Positions 48,325-56,754 of a stretch of 64,000 bases of DNA are shown here, piece by piece. The notes under the pieces were generated by a model. It searched no databases. It was not told the DNA's origin and worked only from the letters and a program-made list of their open reading frames with translations. The first letter of the stretch is position 1, and each line of letters starts with the position of its first letter. The DNA lies in contig CAMUVS010000005.1 of assembly GCA_947164155.1 (NCBI GenBank), positions 639 to 64,638 of the forward strand, given 5' to 3'. A program made the translations under genes and the position numbers. This stretch comes from an uncultured Bacillales bacterium. GTDB lineage: Bacteria; Bacillota_I; Bacilli_A; RFN20; CAG-826.

Positions 48325-50940
48325 ATGGCGAAAAAACCTGAAGTAGTCGATGAAAAAATCGTCGAGAATATTTCTGTTGAACCTCTTGAAGATGTAATGG
48401 GTGACCGTTATGCTACCTATGCAAAATATGTCATTCAAGATCGTGCCATTCCTGATGTTAGAGATGGATTAAAACCTGTTCAAAGAAGGATTATTTTCTC
48501 TATGTATAAAAGTGGAAACACTTTTAATAAGCCAACGAAAAAATGTGCTCACACTGTTGGTGCAGTTATGGGTACTTATCACCCACATGGTGACTCCTCA
48601 ATTTATGAAGCTTTAGCCAGAATGAGTCAGGATTGGAAAGTTAGATATCCGTTAATTGACTTCCAAGGTAATAATGGTTCTATCGATGGTGATTCACCTG
48701 CTGCTTATCGTTACACTGAATCTAGATTAAGCGAATTATCTAACGAGTTGATTGCTGATATCGAAAAGAAAACTGTGGATATGCAATTTAATTTTGATGA
48801 CACAGAATTAGAACCAACTGTATTGCCATCTAGATTCCCAAACCTATTTGTTAATGGTACTGAAGGTATTGCAGTTGCTTTAGCAACTGAAATCCCACCT
48901 CATAACCTTAGAGAAATGATAGAAGCAACTATTTATCGTATTGGTCATAAAACCGCGACTGTTGAAGATTTAATGCAATTTGTTAAAGGCCCAGATTTCC
49001 CAACTGGTGGTTTCATTTATGATTCTCCAGGACTTCAACAAATGTATTTAACTGGTAGAGGAAGAATTGAAATTGCTGGAAAAGCAGAAATTGTAGAAAA
49101 AAAGGATATCAATCAAATAATTATCACAGAAGTGCCTTATAAAGTGGTGAAAATTCAGCTTGTCTATGAAATAGACAAAATTAGGCACTCAAAAGCGATT
49201 GACGGCATTATCGAAGTTAGAGATGAGTCTGATTATAAAGGAATTAGAATCGCTGTCGATATTAAAAAGAGCGCAAAAGCAGATCTCATTCTTCAATATT
49301 TAATGAAGAAAACCAATCTTCAAACTGGTTATACCGCTAATATGGTAGCTATTGTTGATGGTAGACCAAAAACTCTTTCGTTACTCGATTATATTGATGC
49401 TTATATTGCACATCAAATTGATGTTGTTACTAGAAAAAGTAAGTTTGATTTAGATAAATATTCAAGTCGTTTACATATTGTTGATGGACTTATTTTAGCT
49501 TCGCTAAACATTAATGAAGTTGTTGATATTATCCGTAAGAGTAAAGACAAAAATGATTCTAAAGTGAACTTAATGAATCGTTTTAGCTTATCTAACGAAC
49601 AAGCGGAAGCTATTGTTACCATGCCTTTATATAAGTTAAGTCACACTGATGAACTTATTCTAGAAAAAGAAAAGGCAGATTTAGAAAAATCTATTGCTGA
49701 TTTAAAAGAAATTCTTGATGATCCAAATAAACTCAACAAAGTAATTATTAAAGATTTAAAAAATCTTTCAAACAAATATGGGGATGATAGAAGAACTCAA
49801 ATAATTGAAAAAGGTGAGACTAAAGAAATTGATAAACGCGACCTCATTGCTAAAGAAGAAGTTATGGTTGCTGTCAGCTATGATGGCTATTTAAAACGTA
49901 GCTCAATTAGAAGCTGCTCTAGTAGCAATGGAGAACTCCCTGGTTTAAAAGATGGAGACATGCTAGTTGGTAGTGGAAAAGCCTTAACAACAGATTATCT
50001 GATTTGTTTTACAAATCAAGGCAATTATGCCTCTGTACCAGTTCATTCTTTAACTGATGCAAAATGGAAAGATGAAGGTACACATATTAATGAATTTACT
50101 ACCCTTGCTAGTGGCGAAAAAATTATTAAAGTCATGGCAATTAGCGAATTAAGAAATGACTTATATTTAGTCATCTTGACTAAATTTGGTCAAATTAAAC
50201 GTATGGCTCTTTCTAGTATTGATGTCATTAAGCATTCGCGTCCAGTCAAATATATGAAACTCCTTCCAAATGATTCTATTGCTGGAGTCCAATTAGTAAC
50301 AGGGGATAGCGATTTATTAGTTATAACTAATAATGGTAATTGTTCATTCTTTAATGAAAATGAATTATCGATTCTTGGAAATAAAGCTGGTGGAGTGAAA
50401 TCTATCTCTGGATTAGGAAATAATCAAATGGTGGGCTTATTAGCCTTTGAAAAGGAAGAAAAGTCCAAAATTATATTATTTACTAATAAAGGACACATGC
50501 GCGTTACAGACATTTCCAAATTCTTTAAAACAAATAGATTAGGGAAAGTGCAATCCATCATGCAATCATTTAAAGGTGATCCGCATAGCATTGTTAGCGT
50601 CTTTAAAGCAAAAAGAGATGAAAGTTTAAATATAAACTTATATTTAAATGATAGAACTAATAAAATTATTACAGTAGATGATTTAAGAAACACTGAAGCT
50701 CAATACGCTAAAAAGAATATTGATGAAATTACAGCAAAACAGCATATTGCCTTTGTATTTGATTCAGAAGTAGTTGTTGTTAATAAGGATATTGTTTCTC
50801 ATCCTTTGCCAGTTAAAGAGATAAAGACAGATGAAAATACCGAATCTGAGGTTATTGAAGCAGCAGAAGGCGAAGACAATAAGCAAGATAAAGAAGAAGT
50901 GAACTTCGAACAAATCTCAATATTCGATGATTTAGATTAA
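48325..50940 (+). CDS. parC: DNA topoisomerase IV subunit A
   Basis: YHPHGDSSIYEAL is followed by SQDWKVRYPLIDFQGNNGSIDGD. From memory, this is the GrlA/ParC-type version of the motif. Confidence 0.88.
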   Translation: MAKKPEVVDEKIVENISVEPLEDVMGDRYATYAKYVIQDRAIPDVRDGLKPVQRRIIFSMYKSGNTFNKPTKKCAHTVGAVMGTYHPHGDSSIYEALARMSQDWKVRYPLIDFQGNNGSIDGDSPAAYRYTESRLSELSNELIADIEKKTVDMQFNFDDTELEPTVLPSRFPNLFVNGTEGIAVALATEIPPHNLREMIEATIYRIGHKTATVEDLMQFVKGPDFPTGGFIYDSPGLQQMYLTGRGRIEIAGKAEIVEKKDINQIIITEVPYKVVKIQLVYEIDKIRHSKAIDGIIEVRDESDYKGIRIAVDIKKSAKADLILQYLMKKTNLQTGYTANMVAIVDGRPKTLSLLDYIDAYIAHQIDVVTRKSKFDLDKYSSRLHIVDGLILASLNINEVVDIIRKSKDKNDSKVNLMNRFSLSNEQAEAIVTMPLYKLSHTDELILEKEKADLEKSIADLKEILDDPNKLNKVIIKDLKNLSNKYGDDRRTQIIEKGETKEIDKRDLIAKEEVMVAVSYDGYLKRSSIRSCSSSNGELPGLKDGDMLVGSGKALTTDYLICFTNQGNYASVPVHSLTDAKWKDEGTHINEFTTLASGEKIIKVMAISELRNDLYLVILTKFGQIKRMALSSIDVIKHSRPVKYMKLLPNDSIAGVQLVTGDSDLLVITNNGNCSFFNENELSILGNKAGGVKSISGLGNNQMVGLLAFEKEEKSKIILFTNKGHMRVTDISKFFKTNRLGKVQSIMQSFKGDPHSIVSVFKAKRDESLNINLYLNDRTNKIITVDDLRNTEAQYAKKNIDEITAKQHIAFVFDSEVVVVNKDIVSHPLPVKEIKTDENTESEVIEAAEGEDNKQDKEEVNFEQISIFDDLD

Positions 50941-50977
50941 ATATAACAAAGTTATATATAACAATAAAATAGTTAGA

Positions 50978-50996
50978 AATTAGTAGTTAATTAGTA
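50978..50996 (+). repeat. 3'-flank tandem motif AATTAGTA-N3-AATTAGTA, 38 nt after the parC stop
   Basis: Copies start at 50978 and 50989, 11 nt apart. Confidence 0.6.
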
Positions 50997-51018
50997 TATA
51001 TTGATTAACTGCTTTTTT
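50983..51018 (+). terminator. AT-rich hairpin with T-run after parC
   Basis: GTAGTTAAT-(12 nt)-ATTAACTGC followed by TTTTTT. The stem is weak and the loop is large. Confidence 0.4.
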
Positions 51019-51106
51019 CTTTAAAAAGAAATGTTAATTGTGCGATTTTTTATAAAAGTCTATTTTTATAAGACTTTTTCGTATAAACTATTTATTGAGG
51101 TTTTCA

Positions 51107-51628
51107 ATGTTTAAAAAATTCGTCCCATTTGCTCACGCTAAATCAATTTACGAGATAGATCCTGAATTCTTTGTGCGTAATGGTGTTAAAACATTGTTTG
51201 TGGATTTAGACAATACACTTGATAGTTATAAGTCTAGAGAGCCAAAAGAACATACGATTAATTATATTAATAAGTTGAAGTCTGCTGGCATAGAACCCGT
51301 TATCATATCAAATAATAAACCTCATCGTGTATGTGGCTTTGCAGACAAGGCTGGCATTGAATATCTAGCTAGCGCTCATAAGCCCGGTGCGAAAAGAATT
51401 AAACAAGAAATAGTAAGACGTGGTAGAGCTAATAACGAAGTTATGCTGGTCGGCGATCAGATGATGACGGATGTATTAGCTGCTTACAAAGCTAAAATTC
51501 GAGTTGTCCTAACTGAAAAAGTTGTCAAAGAAGACCAATGGACAACACGCATTAATAGGCTATTTGATAGACCTATTAGAAGATATCATCGTAAAAGAGG
51601 TAATCTAAGAGATTGGAGGAACATATAA
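51107..51628 (+). CDS. yqeG: YqeG-family HAD-IIIA phosphatase
   Basis: LFVDLDNTL and GDQMMTD. Start moved to ATG 51107 (GAGG at 51097-51100). Confidence 0.88.
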   Translation: MFKKFVPFAHAKSIYEIDPEFFVRNGVKTLFVDLDNTLDSYKSREPKEHTINYINKLKSAGIEPVIISNNKPHRVCGFADKAGIEYLASAHKPGAKRIKQEIVRRGRANNEVMLVGDQMMTDVLAAYKAKIRVVLTEKVVKEDQWTTRINRLFDRPIRRYHRKRGNLRDWRNI

Positions 51629-51629
51629 T

Positions 51630-52766
51630 ATGGCAAATGCAAGAAGAGTAATTAGATGTCAAAGTTGTGGAGCAATTCTCCAAACTGAATCTAAAAGTAA
51701 ACCTGGCTTTATTTCTAAAGCCGTCATTGAAAGTGGAGTTCCAAGAATTCCATACTGTAACGTATGTTACGAAAAGATGATTGCCCTCAATAGTAGTTCC
51801 CTTGATCATGAAACTGATAAGGATATTTTAAGAATCCTTAAAGATGCGGTTGCTACAGACTCTTTAATTGTCTGGATGGTTGATTTATTTACCTTCAATG
51901 GAACATTAAATCCTGATGTTGTTAAGCGCGTTAAGAAATTAGATGTTGTTGTTATTGGCTCTAAAAGAGACTTAATGCCATCCGCTGCAACTGATGAAAT
52001 GCTTATTAGATATATCGATGAAAGATTTGCTGATGTAGGTATTAACCCAATTAGCATTGATCTTATTGGTAGCGAAGATTCTCTTGATATCAAAGAGAAA
52101 CTTACAAAACTCGGAGAATTAAGAAAAGGCAGAGATGTCTACTTAATTGGCGAACTTAATAGTGGCAAGACAACATTTATTAATAAGATGTTGAAAGACT
52201 ATAAAAACAACACTAGATGGCAAATTAAATCAGAACTATATCCTGGAACAAATTCTAATGTATTAGAAATTCCTTTATCTAATTCTTCGTTCTTCTATGA
52301 ACTTCCGGATTTAAGCAATAACACTTCGGTGTTTTCGCGTGTTGAAGCCAGCGTGCAAAGAATTATTACTCCAAAGAAAGAAGTTGTTTTCAGCAGAAAA
52401 TTCATAGGAGCAGGATCGTCAATTGTTGTTGGTAATTTAGCGTGCTTCTCTATCATTCGTGGGCATCACACATCTGTTCGTGTGTTTACAGGCGAAAAGG
52501 TTGAATTCAAAGTTATCGACACAAACAAAATTGATGATTTCCTTGCAAACAATTTAAAGAAAAAATCTTTAAAACCAGTATCTGAAAGATATACATCTTT
52601 TAGAGATTACGATATGTTTGAATATGATTTAGAATCAGATGATTTAAGACATGATATTTCTGCTGAAGGATTATGCTGGTTCTCAATTAAAGGTAAAGGT
52701 CAAACAATCCGCATCCTTTTACCAAAAGGTGTTGCTGTTAAAGAATCTTTATCAAAGATTAGGTAA
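51630..52766 (+). CDS. yqeH: Ribosome biogenesis GTPase YqeH
   Basis: N-terminal zinc finger CQSCG ... CNVC and a circularly permuted GTPase (GSKRD before GELNSGKTT). Confidence 0.9.
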   Translation: MANARRVIRCQSCGAILQTESKSKPGFISKAVIESGVPRIPYCNVCYEKMIALNSSSLDHETDKDILRILKDAVATDSLIVWMVDLFTFNGTLNPDVVKRVKKLDVVVIGSKRDLMPSAATDEMLIRYIDERFADVGINPISIDLIGSEDSLDIKEKLTKLGELRKGRDVYLIGELNSGKTTFINKMLKDYKNNTRWQIKSELYPGTNSNVLEIPLSNSSFFYELPDLSNNTSVFSRVEASVQRIITPKKEVVFSRKFIGAGSSIVVGNLACFSIIRGHHTSVRVFTGEKVEFKVIDTNKIDDFLANNLKKKSLKPVSERYTSFRDYDMFEYDLESDDLRHDISAEGLCWFSIKGKGQTIRILLPKGVAVKESLSKIR

Positions 52767-52770
52767 GTAA

Positions 52771-53064
52771 ATGTTAACTCAAAATCAAAAGAAGCAATTA
52801 AAGACTTTAATTGTTCAAGATAAGACAAAATATCAAATTGGAAAAAGCGAGGTCACAAACGCTCTTTTAGATATGTTAGATAAGGCTTTGACTGCTAGAG
52901 AACTTATCAAAGTTGAAGTTTTAAAATCTGCGACTACTCCAATCATGGAATTAACTCTTGATTTATCAAGCAAGTTACACGCTGAAGTTGTTCAAGTTGT
53001 CGGAAGAGTAATAGTGTTATATCGCAAAAATAAAGAAAATCCAAAAATCAAACTTTGCAAATAA
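52771..53064 (+). CDS. yhbY: YhbY/CRM-domain RNA-binding protein
   Basis: 97 aa, with QIGKSEVT and ELIKVEVL motifs. In the position of Bacillus yqeI. Confidence 0.88.
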   Translation: MLTQNQKKQLKTLIVQDKTKYQIGKSEVTNALLDMLDKALTARELIKVEVLKSATTPIMELTLDLSSKLHAEVVQVVGRVIVLYRKNKENPKIKLCK

Positions 53065-53065
53065 A

Positions 53066-54151
53066 ATGAAAAATATCGTCCTCTTTGGTGGTGCATTTGA
53101 TCCAATTCATAATGGGCATATAAATATGGCCAATCAAGCATCAATCCAGTTAGATGCCGATATTTTCTTTATTCCGGCAAAAATTTCTGTATGGAAAAAA
53201 GAATCTGCACCAATTGAAGATAAAATTAAGATGGTGGAACTTGCGATAAAAGATAATCCTAGGTTTCATTTATCTAGATTAGAAGCTGATTCTATAGAAT
53301 CAATAAACTATTCAATCGATACCGTTAAGCATTTTAGGAAAGAATATCCTGATAGCAACCTATTCTATTTAATAGGCACCGATCACGTTAATAGTTTCCA
53401 TAAATGGAAAGACGCTAAAGAACTATCAAAATTAGCTAAAATTATTTATTTTAAGCGCCCAGAAATGGTGGTGGATTTAAATAATGTCAAAGAATATGAA
53501 ATGGTGGAGATTAGCGGATTGCTAAACGACGAATCTTCAACCGAGATTAGAGAATTAAAATCCTTGGATACTCCTGATTTAGTTATTGATTATATAATCA
53601 ATAATCGCCTATATTTCATGAAAAAGATAGCTTCTTACATGAGCGAAAAAAGATTAGTCCACACAATTAGTACAGCAAAACTTTCATATGAAATAGCTTT
53701 AGCAAATAATCTTGTAGACGCAAAGAAAACACTTATTGCAGCTCTGTTACATGATATTGGAAAAGAAATGCCAATTAGCGAACAAAAGAAGATTATGGAA
53801 TCATATTTCAAAGAATACATTGATTATCCGCCAATCATTTATCATCAATTTATTGGTGCATATCTAGCAGAAAAAGACTTTGGAATTACAGATCCAGTGA
53901 TTTTAGATGCGATTAAGTATCACACAACGGCAAACTCTAATATGTCTGATGTAGCAATTATTGTACATTGCGCAGATAAAATAGAGCCAACAAGAGGATT
54001 TAAGTCTGGAAATCTAATAAATTCACTCAAAAGTAGTTTAAATAAAGGCTTTGTTGATGTTTTGCATTCAAATATCGAATATTATGAAAGACATGGCATT
54101 GATTATAGAAACGATTTGCAGATAGCTTGTCTTAATCAATATTTAAAATAA
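53066..54151 (+). CDS. nadD: Fusion of nicotinate-nucleotide adenylyltransferase (NadD) and the YqeK HD-domain phosphohydrolase
   Basis: N-terminal half: FGGAFDPIHNGH (HxGH) and SSTEIR. C-terminal half: HD motif ALLHDIGK and HCADKIEPTR. Confidence 0.9.
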   Translation: MKNIVLFGGAFDPIHNGHINMANQASIQLDADIFFIPAKISVWKKESAPIEDKIKMVELAIKDNPRFHLSRLEADSIESINYSIDTVKHFRKEYPDSNLFYLIGTDHVNSFHKWKDAKELSKLAKIIYFKRPEMVVDLNNVKEYEMVEISGLLNDESSTEIRELKSLDTPDLVIDYIINNRLYFMKKIASYMSEKRLVHTISTAKLSYEIALANNLVDAKKTLIAALLHDIGKEMPISEQKKIMESYFKEYIDYPPIIYHQFIGAYLAEKDFGITDPVILDAIKYHTTANSNMSDVAIIVHCADKIEPTRGFKSGNLINSLKSSLNKGFVDVLHSNIEYYERHGIDYRNDLQIACLNQYLK

Positions 54152-54213
54152 TAAGAATAAGCATTAATTTATATTGATCCGCCATTATGGTGAAATTTTT
54201 CTTGATAATGACT

Positions 54214-54241
54214 ACTTCGCATAATAGACATTATGTTAACT
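54214..54241 (+). other. dif: dif-like chromosome dimer resolution site ACTTCGCATAA-TAGACA-TTATGTTAACT
   Basis: A 28-mer with 11-nt arms that form an imperfect dyad (8 of 11) around a 6-nt centre. Against sequences recalled from memory, it matches B. subtilis dif at 22 of 28 and E. coli dif at 21 of 28, with the XerD arm at 10 of 11 to both. It lies in a convergent spacer at the point where gene orientation switches. Confidence 0.7.
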
Positions 54242-54358
54242 AAACTAATAAAAAAATATGATTTAATCTAAATAAACATTTTTATATATTTGTAGATTTA
54301 TTCTTTATTTCTGATTTTCTTTAATAAAAATAATCCACATTTGTGTGAATTATCCACC

Positions 54359-54377
54359 TACTAATTTTCTACTAATT
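54359..54377 (-). repeat. 3'-flank tandem motif (sense strand AATTAGTA x2), 7 nt after the stop of the Crp-family gene
   Basis: On the + strand, TACTAATT at 54359 and 54370 (11-nt unit). A third copy, CACTAATT at 54390, lies inside the CDS end. Confidence 0.6.
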
Positions 54378-54383
54378 TTATTA

Positions 54384-54968
54384 TTACACCACTAATTTTA
54401 ACGTTTTGCTTACTTGCGTGATTTTCTTTTCTTTTACCATTTTTGTTATTGTTCTACTTAAAGATTCACGCGTTAAATATAACTCATTTGCCAGCTTTGT
54501 TATTGATTTATATGTTATTTTTCTTTTATTAAATGTAAGATAATATGTCAATCTGTCTTCTGCACCACTAATTGTTAATAATTTGATCTTAAAATTTAAG
54601 TTTTTTGAAAAATCTGATTGTTGTGTCAAATACAAAACTAATAATTCGTCGTCTTGTTTTAGCAATTTTAAAAGATTTTCTCTACTTATAAACCATATTT
54701 CTGATTGTTTCTGAGAAATAACATCTCCTCTGTATCTTGGTGTTGAAGAAAAAACGAGGTTGTTGCCAAACATCTGACCTTCTTCTAAAACGTTATATGT
54801 GACTTCTTTTCCACTTGCAAAATATGATTTAATGCTTATTTCCCCACTTTTAACAATACCAACGGAAATGCATGTATCATTTTCTAAGAAAATGGTCTCT
54901 TGTGGCTTGTATGTCCTTTTCTCTAGGTATTGAGGGTATTTAGTTAGTAAATTAATTAGATTATTCAT
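54384..54968 (-). CDS. Crp/Fnr-family transcriptional regulator
   Basis: N-terminal cNMP-binding-type beta barrel (FLENDTCISVGIVKSGEISI) and C-terminal HTH (ITKLANELYLTRESLSRTITKM). There is no Fnr-type Cys cluster. Confidence 0.85.
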   Translation of the reverse strand: MNNLINLLTKYPQYLEKRTYKPQETIFLENDTCISVGIVKSGEISIKSYFASGKEVTYNVLEEGQMFGNNLVFSSTPRYRGDVISQKQSEIWFISRENLLKLLKQDDELLVLYLTQQSDFSKNLNFKIKLLTISGAEDRLTYYLTFNKRKITYKSITKLANELYLTRESLSRTITKMVKEKKITQVSKTLKLVV

Positions 54969-54971
54969 TTT

Positions 54972-54987
54972 CGTGATTCAAATCACA
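54972..54987. promoter_or_regulatory. CRP-type box CGTGA-N6-TCACA in the divergent spacer
   Basis: Read directly. The box is centred at about 54979.5. A TATAAA at 55007-55012 puts the box near -41.5 relative to the predicted start of the lipoprotein operon. It is also 4 nt upstream of the regulator's own ATG. Confidence 0.55.
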
Positions 54988-55034
54988 TTTATTATATCTA
55001 TTTTTATATAAAATAACAATCGAGGTATTAAACT

Positions 55035-55970
55035 ATGAAAAAAATTACACTATTGATTCCAACAATTGCATTAATTGCTAGCTGCGGAGGTACTAATCCT
55101 TCTTTAAGACAAACTGATTTAAAAATTATTTCTCCTACAGGAGCTCCAGCGGTATCTATGTATAACTTTGTTAATGGGCTCCACACTGTTTTAAAACCCG
55201 CCACTGAATTACTTCCGGAATTTGGAAAAGATAATTATGACATTATTGTTGCTCCTGCTAAAGGTGGATTAACAAAGATTGTTAAGGCTAACGCTAATTA
55301 TCAAATGGCTGCGGTCGTTACCTTTGGTAACTTTGCTTTAGTGTCCACTGGAAAAGATGACAATAATACATTAGACACAGGTGATAATGTCTTAATATTT
55401 CAAAAAGAGGATATCCCTGGCTCTGTATTTGAATATTTGTATGGTGATTTAGGATTAAATGTCTATGACGTGCCTGATGTTTCTGCCACAGTAAGTTCGT
55501 TAAATACCGGAACATATTCTTCTTCGTCAGGTACAGTCGAACTCGATTATGTTTTCTCTGCATATCCTGTAATCAGCAATGTAAAAAAGACATCTCAAGT
55601 TGTTGAAAAAGCCTCTGATGCTTTCGCTAAAAAGACAGGCGGAAAAAGAATTATCCAAGCAGCAGTTTTTATTAATAAAAACTTAAGCAAGGAAAAAGCT
55701 GATGATTTCTTATCGTTATTAGAGCAAGATATGACTTCTGCTGTAAGCGATCCAAACAATATTGTTTCGACTTTTAATTTATTCGGCGGAGAATCCGAAC
55801 AAAAGAATATGTTTGGTGTCGCTGCTAGTGCTGCTTATGATGCGATGAGCGATAGAAACGGCCTTGGCTTAGGTTATCAAAGAGCGAAAGATGCCAAAGA
55901 TGAAATTAACTATTTCATTAATGACATTATGAAATCAGGATTGGAGTTAGATGAAAAAGTATATTACTAA
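55035..55970 (+). CDS. Lipoprotein, probable ABC-transporter substrate-binding protein
   Basis: Signal peptide with lipobox LIASC. 311 aa. Overlaps the permease gene by 20 nt. Confidence 0.7.
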   Translation: MKKITLLIPTIALIASCGGTNPSLRQTDLKIISPTGAPAVSMYNFVNGLHTVLKPATELLPEFGKDNYDIIVAPAKGGLTKIVKANANYQMAAVVTFGNFALVSTGKDDNNTLDTGDNVLIFQKEDIPGSVFEYLYGDLGLNVYDVPDVSATVSSLNTGTYSSSSGTVELDYVFSAYPVISNVKKTSQVVEKASDAFAKKTGGKRIIQAAVFINKNLSKEKADDFLSLLEQDMTSAVSDPNNIVSTFNLFGGESEQKNMFGVAASAAYDAMSDRNGLGLGYQRAKDAKDEINYFINDIMKSGLELDEKVYY

Positions 55971-56730
55971 TCGTTATACTTTAACCGGTCTAGGCATACT
56001 TTTATTCTTTTTGCTTTGGTATTTGATTTATATCATCGCTGGAAAAAACATTTATGTTTTTCCTGGTCCACTATCCACAATTAAAAGATCATTTGAATTA
56101 TTTGGAGACGCTTATCTATATAAATGCATATGGGGCTCTTTATACCGTATGCTAATAGGCTTTGGAGTGGCCTCTATTGTTGCTGTTTTTATTGGGATGA
56201 TTGTTGGTAATCACTTAAAACTAAAACACGTTTTTAATCCAACAATGATTGCCTTAAGAAGTATCCCTACAGCAGCGATTGTCTTCTTGCTGTTACATTT
56301 AGCAGGTTTTGATAACGCCTCTCCTTATGTTGTAGGAGTAATTGTTTTCCCTATGGTTTATGAAGCCACTGTTAGTGGATATCAACATATTGATAAACAA
56401 GTTTTAATGGCGATGAAACTTGATAATAACACAAGATTACAAAAGAATTTTAAAGTCAAGCTTCCACTAAGTATGCCATATATCGCAGTTGGTCTAACAA
56501 CTAGCTTCGCTCTATCTTTTAAGATAGAGATTATGGCAGAAACATTAACTTCCACCAGCCAATCATATGGTTTAGGAAGAGCAATCGCGGTTGAGTTTGC
56601 TAATCAAACAGATGGTCTAATTTCCACTTTTGCTTACGCTTTTATCGCCATATTAATAATGCTTATTGTTTCACTTCTAGTATTTATTTTAAAACGCACC
56701 CTGCATATAAAAAACCCAGATGAGAATTAA
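55951..56730 (+). CDS. ABC transporter permease (binding-protein-dependent type, TauC/SsuC-like)
   Basis: Six hydrophobic helices and an EAA-like loop (MAMKLDNNTRLQKNFKVKLPLSMPYI). No ATPase gene follows. Confidence 0.8.
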   Translation: MKKYITNRYTLTGLGILLFFLLWYLIYIIAGKNIYVFPGPLSTIKRSFELFGDAYLYKCIWGSLYRMLIGFGVASIVAVFIGMIVGNHLKLKHVFNPTMIALRSIPTAAIVFLLLHLAGFDNASPYVVGVIVFPMVYEATVSGYQHIDKQVLMAMKLDNNTRLQKNFKVKLPLSMPYIAVGLTTSFALSFKIEIMAETLTSTSQSYGLGRAIAVEFANQTDGLISTFAYAFIAILIMLIVSLLVFILKRTLHIKNPDEN

Positions 56731-56750
56731 TCATCTGGATTATTTTTTTT
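56716..56750. terminator. Bidirectional terminator between the permease gene and deoB
   Basis: CCAGATGA-gaattaa-TCATCTGG is a perfect 8-bp stem, with an A-run upstream and a T-run downstream. Confidence 0.8.
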
Positions 56751-56754
56751 ATTG

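Noticed and set aside
54331-54358. Two DnaA-box-like 9-mers (TAATCCACA and TTATCCACC), plus AAATCCACA at about 45446.
   Set aside because: Each matches at only 7-8 of 9 positions. They are isolated, and one is the arm of the plsY terminator. They also lie where gene orientation converges, not diverges, so an origin is not supported.
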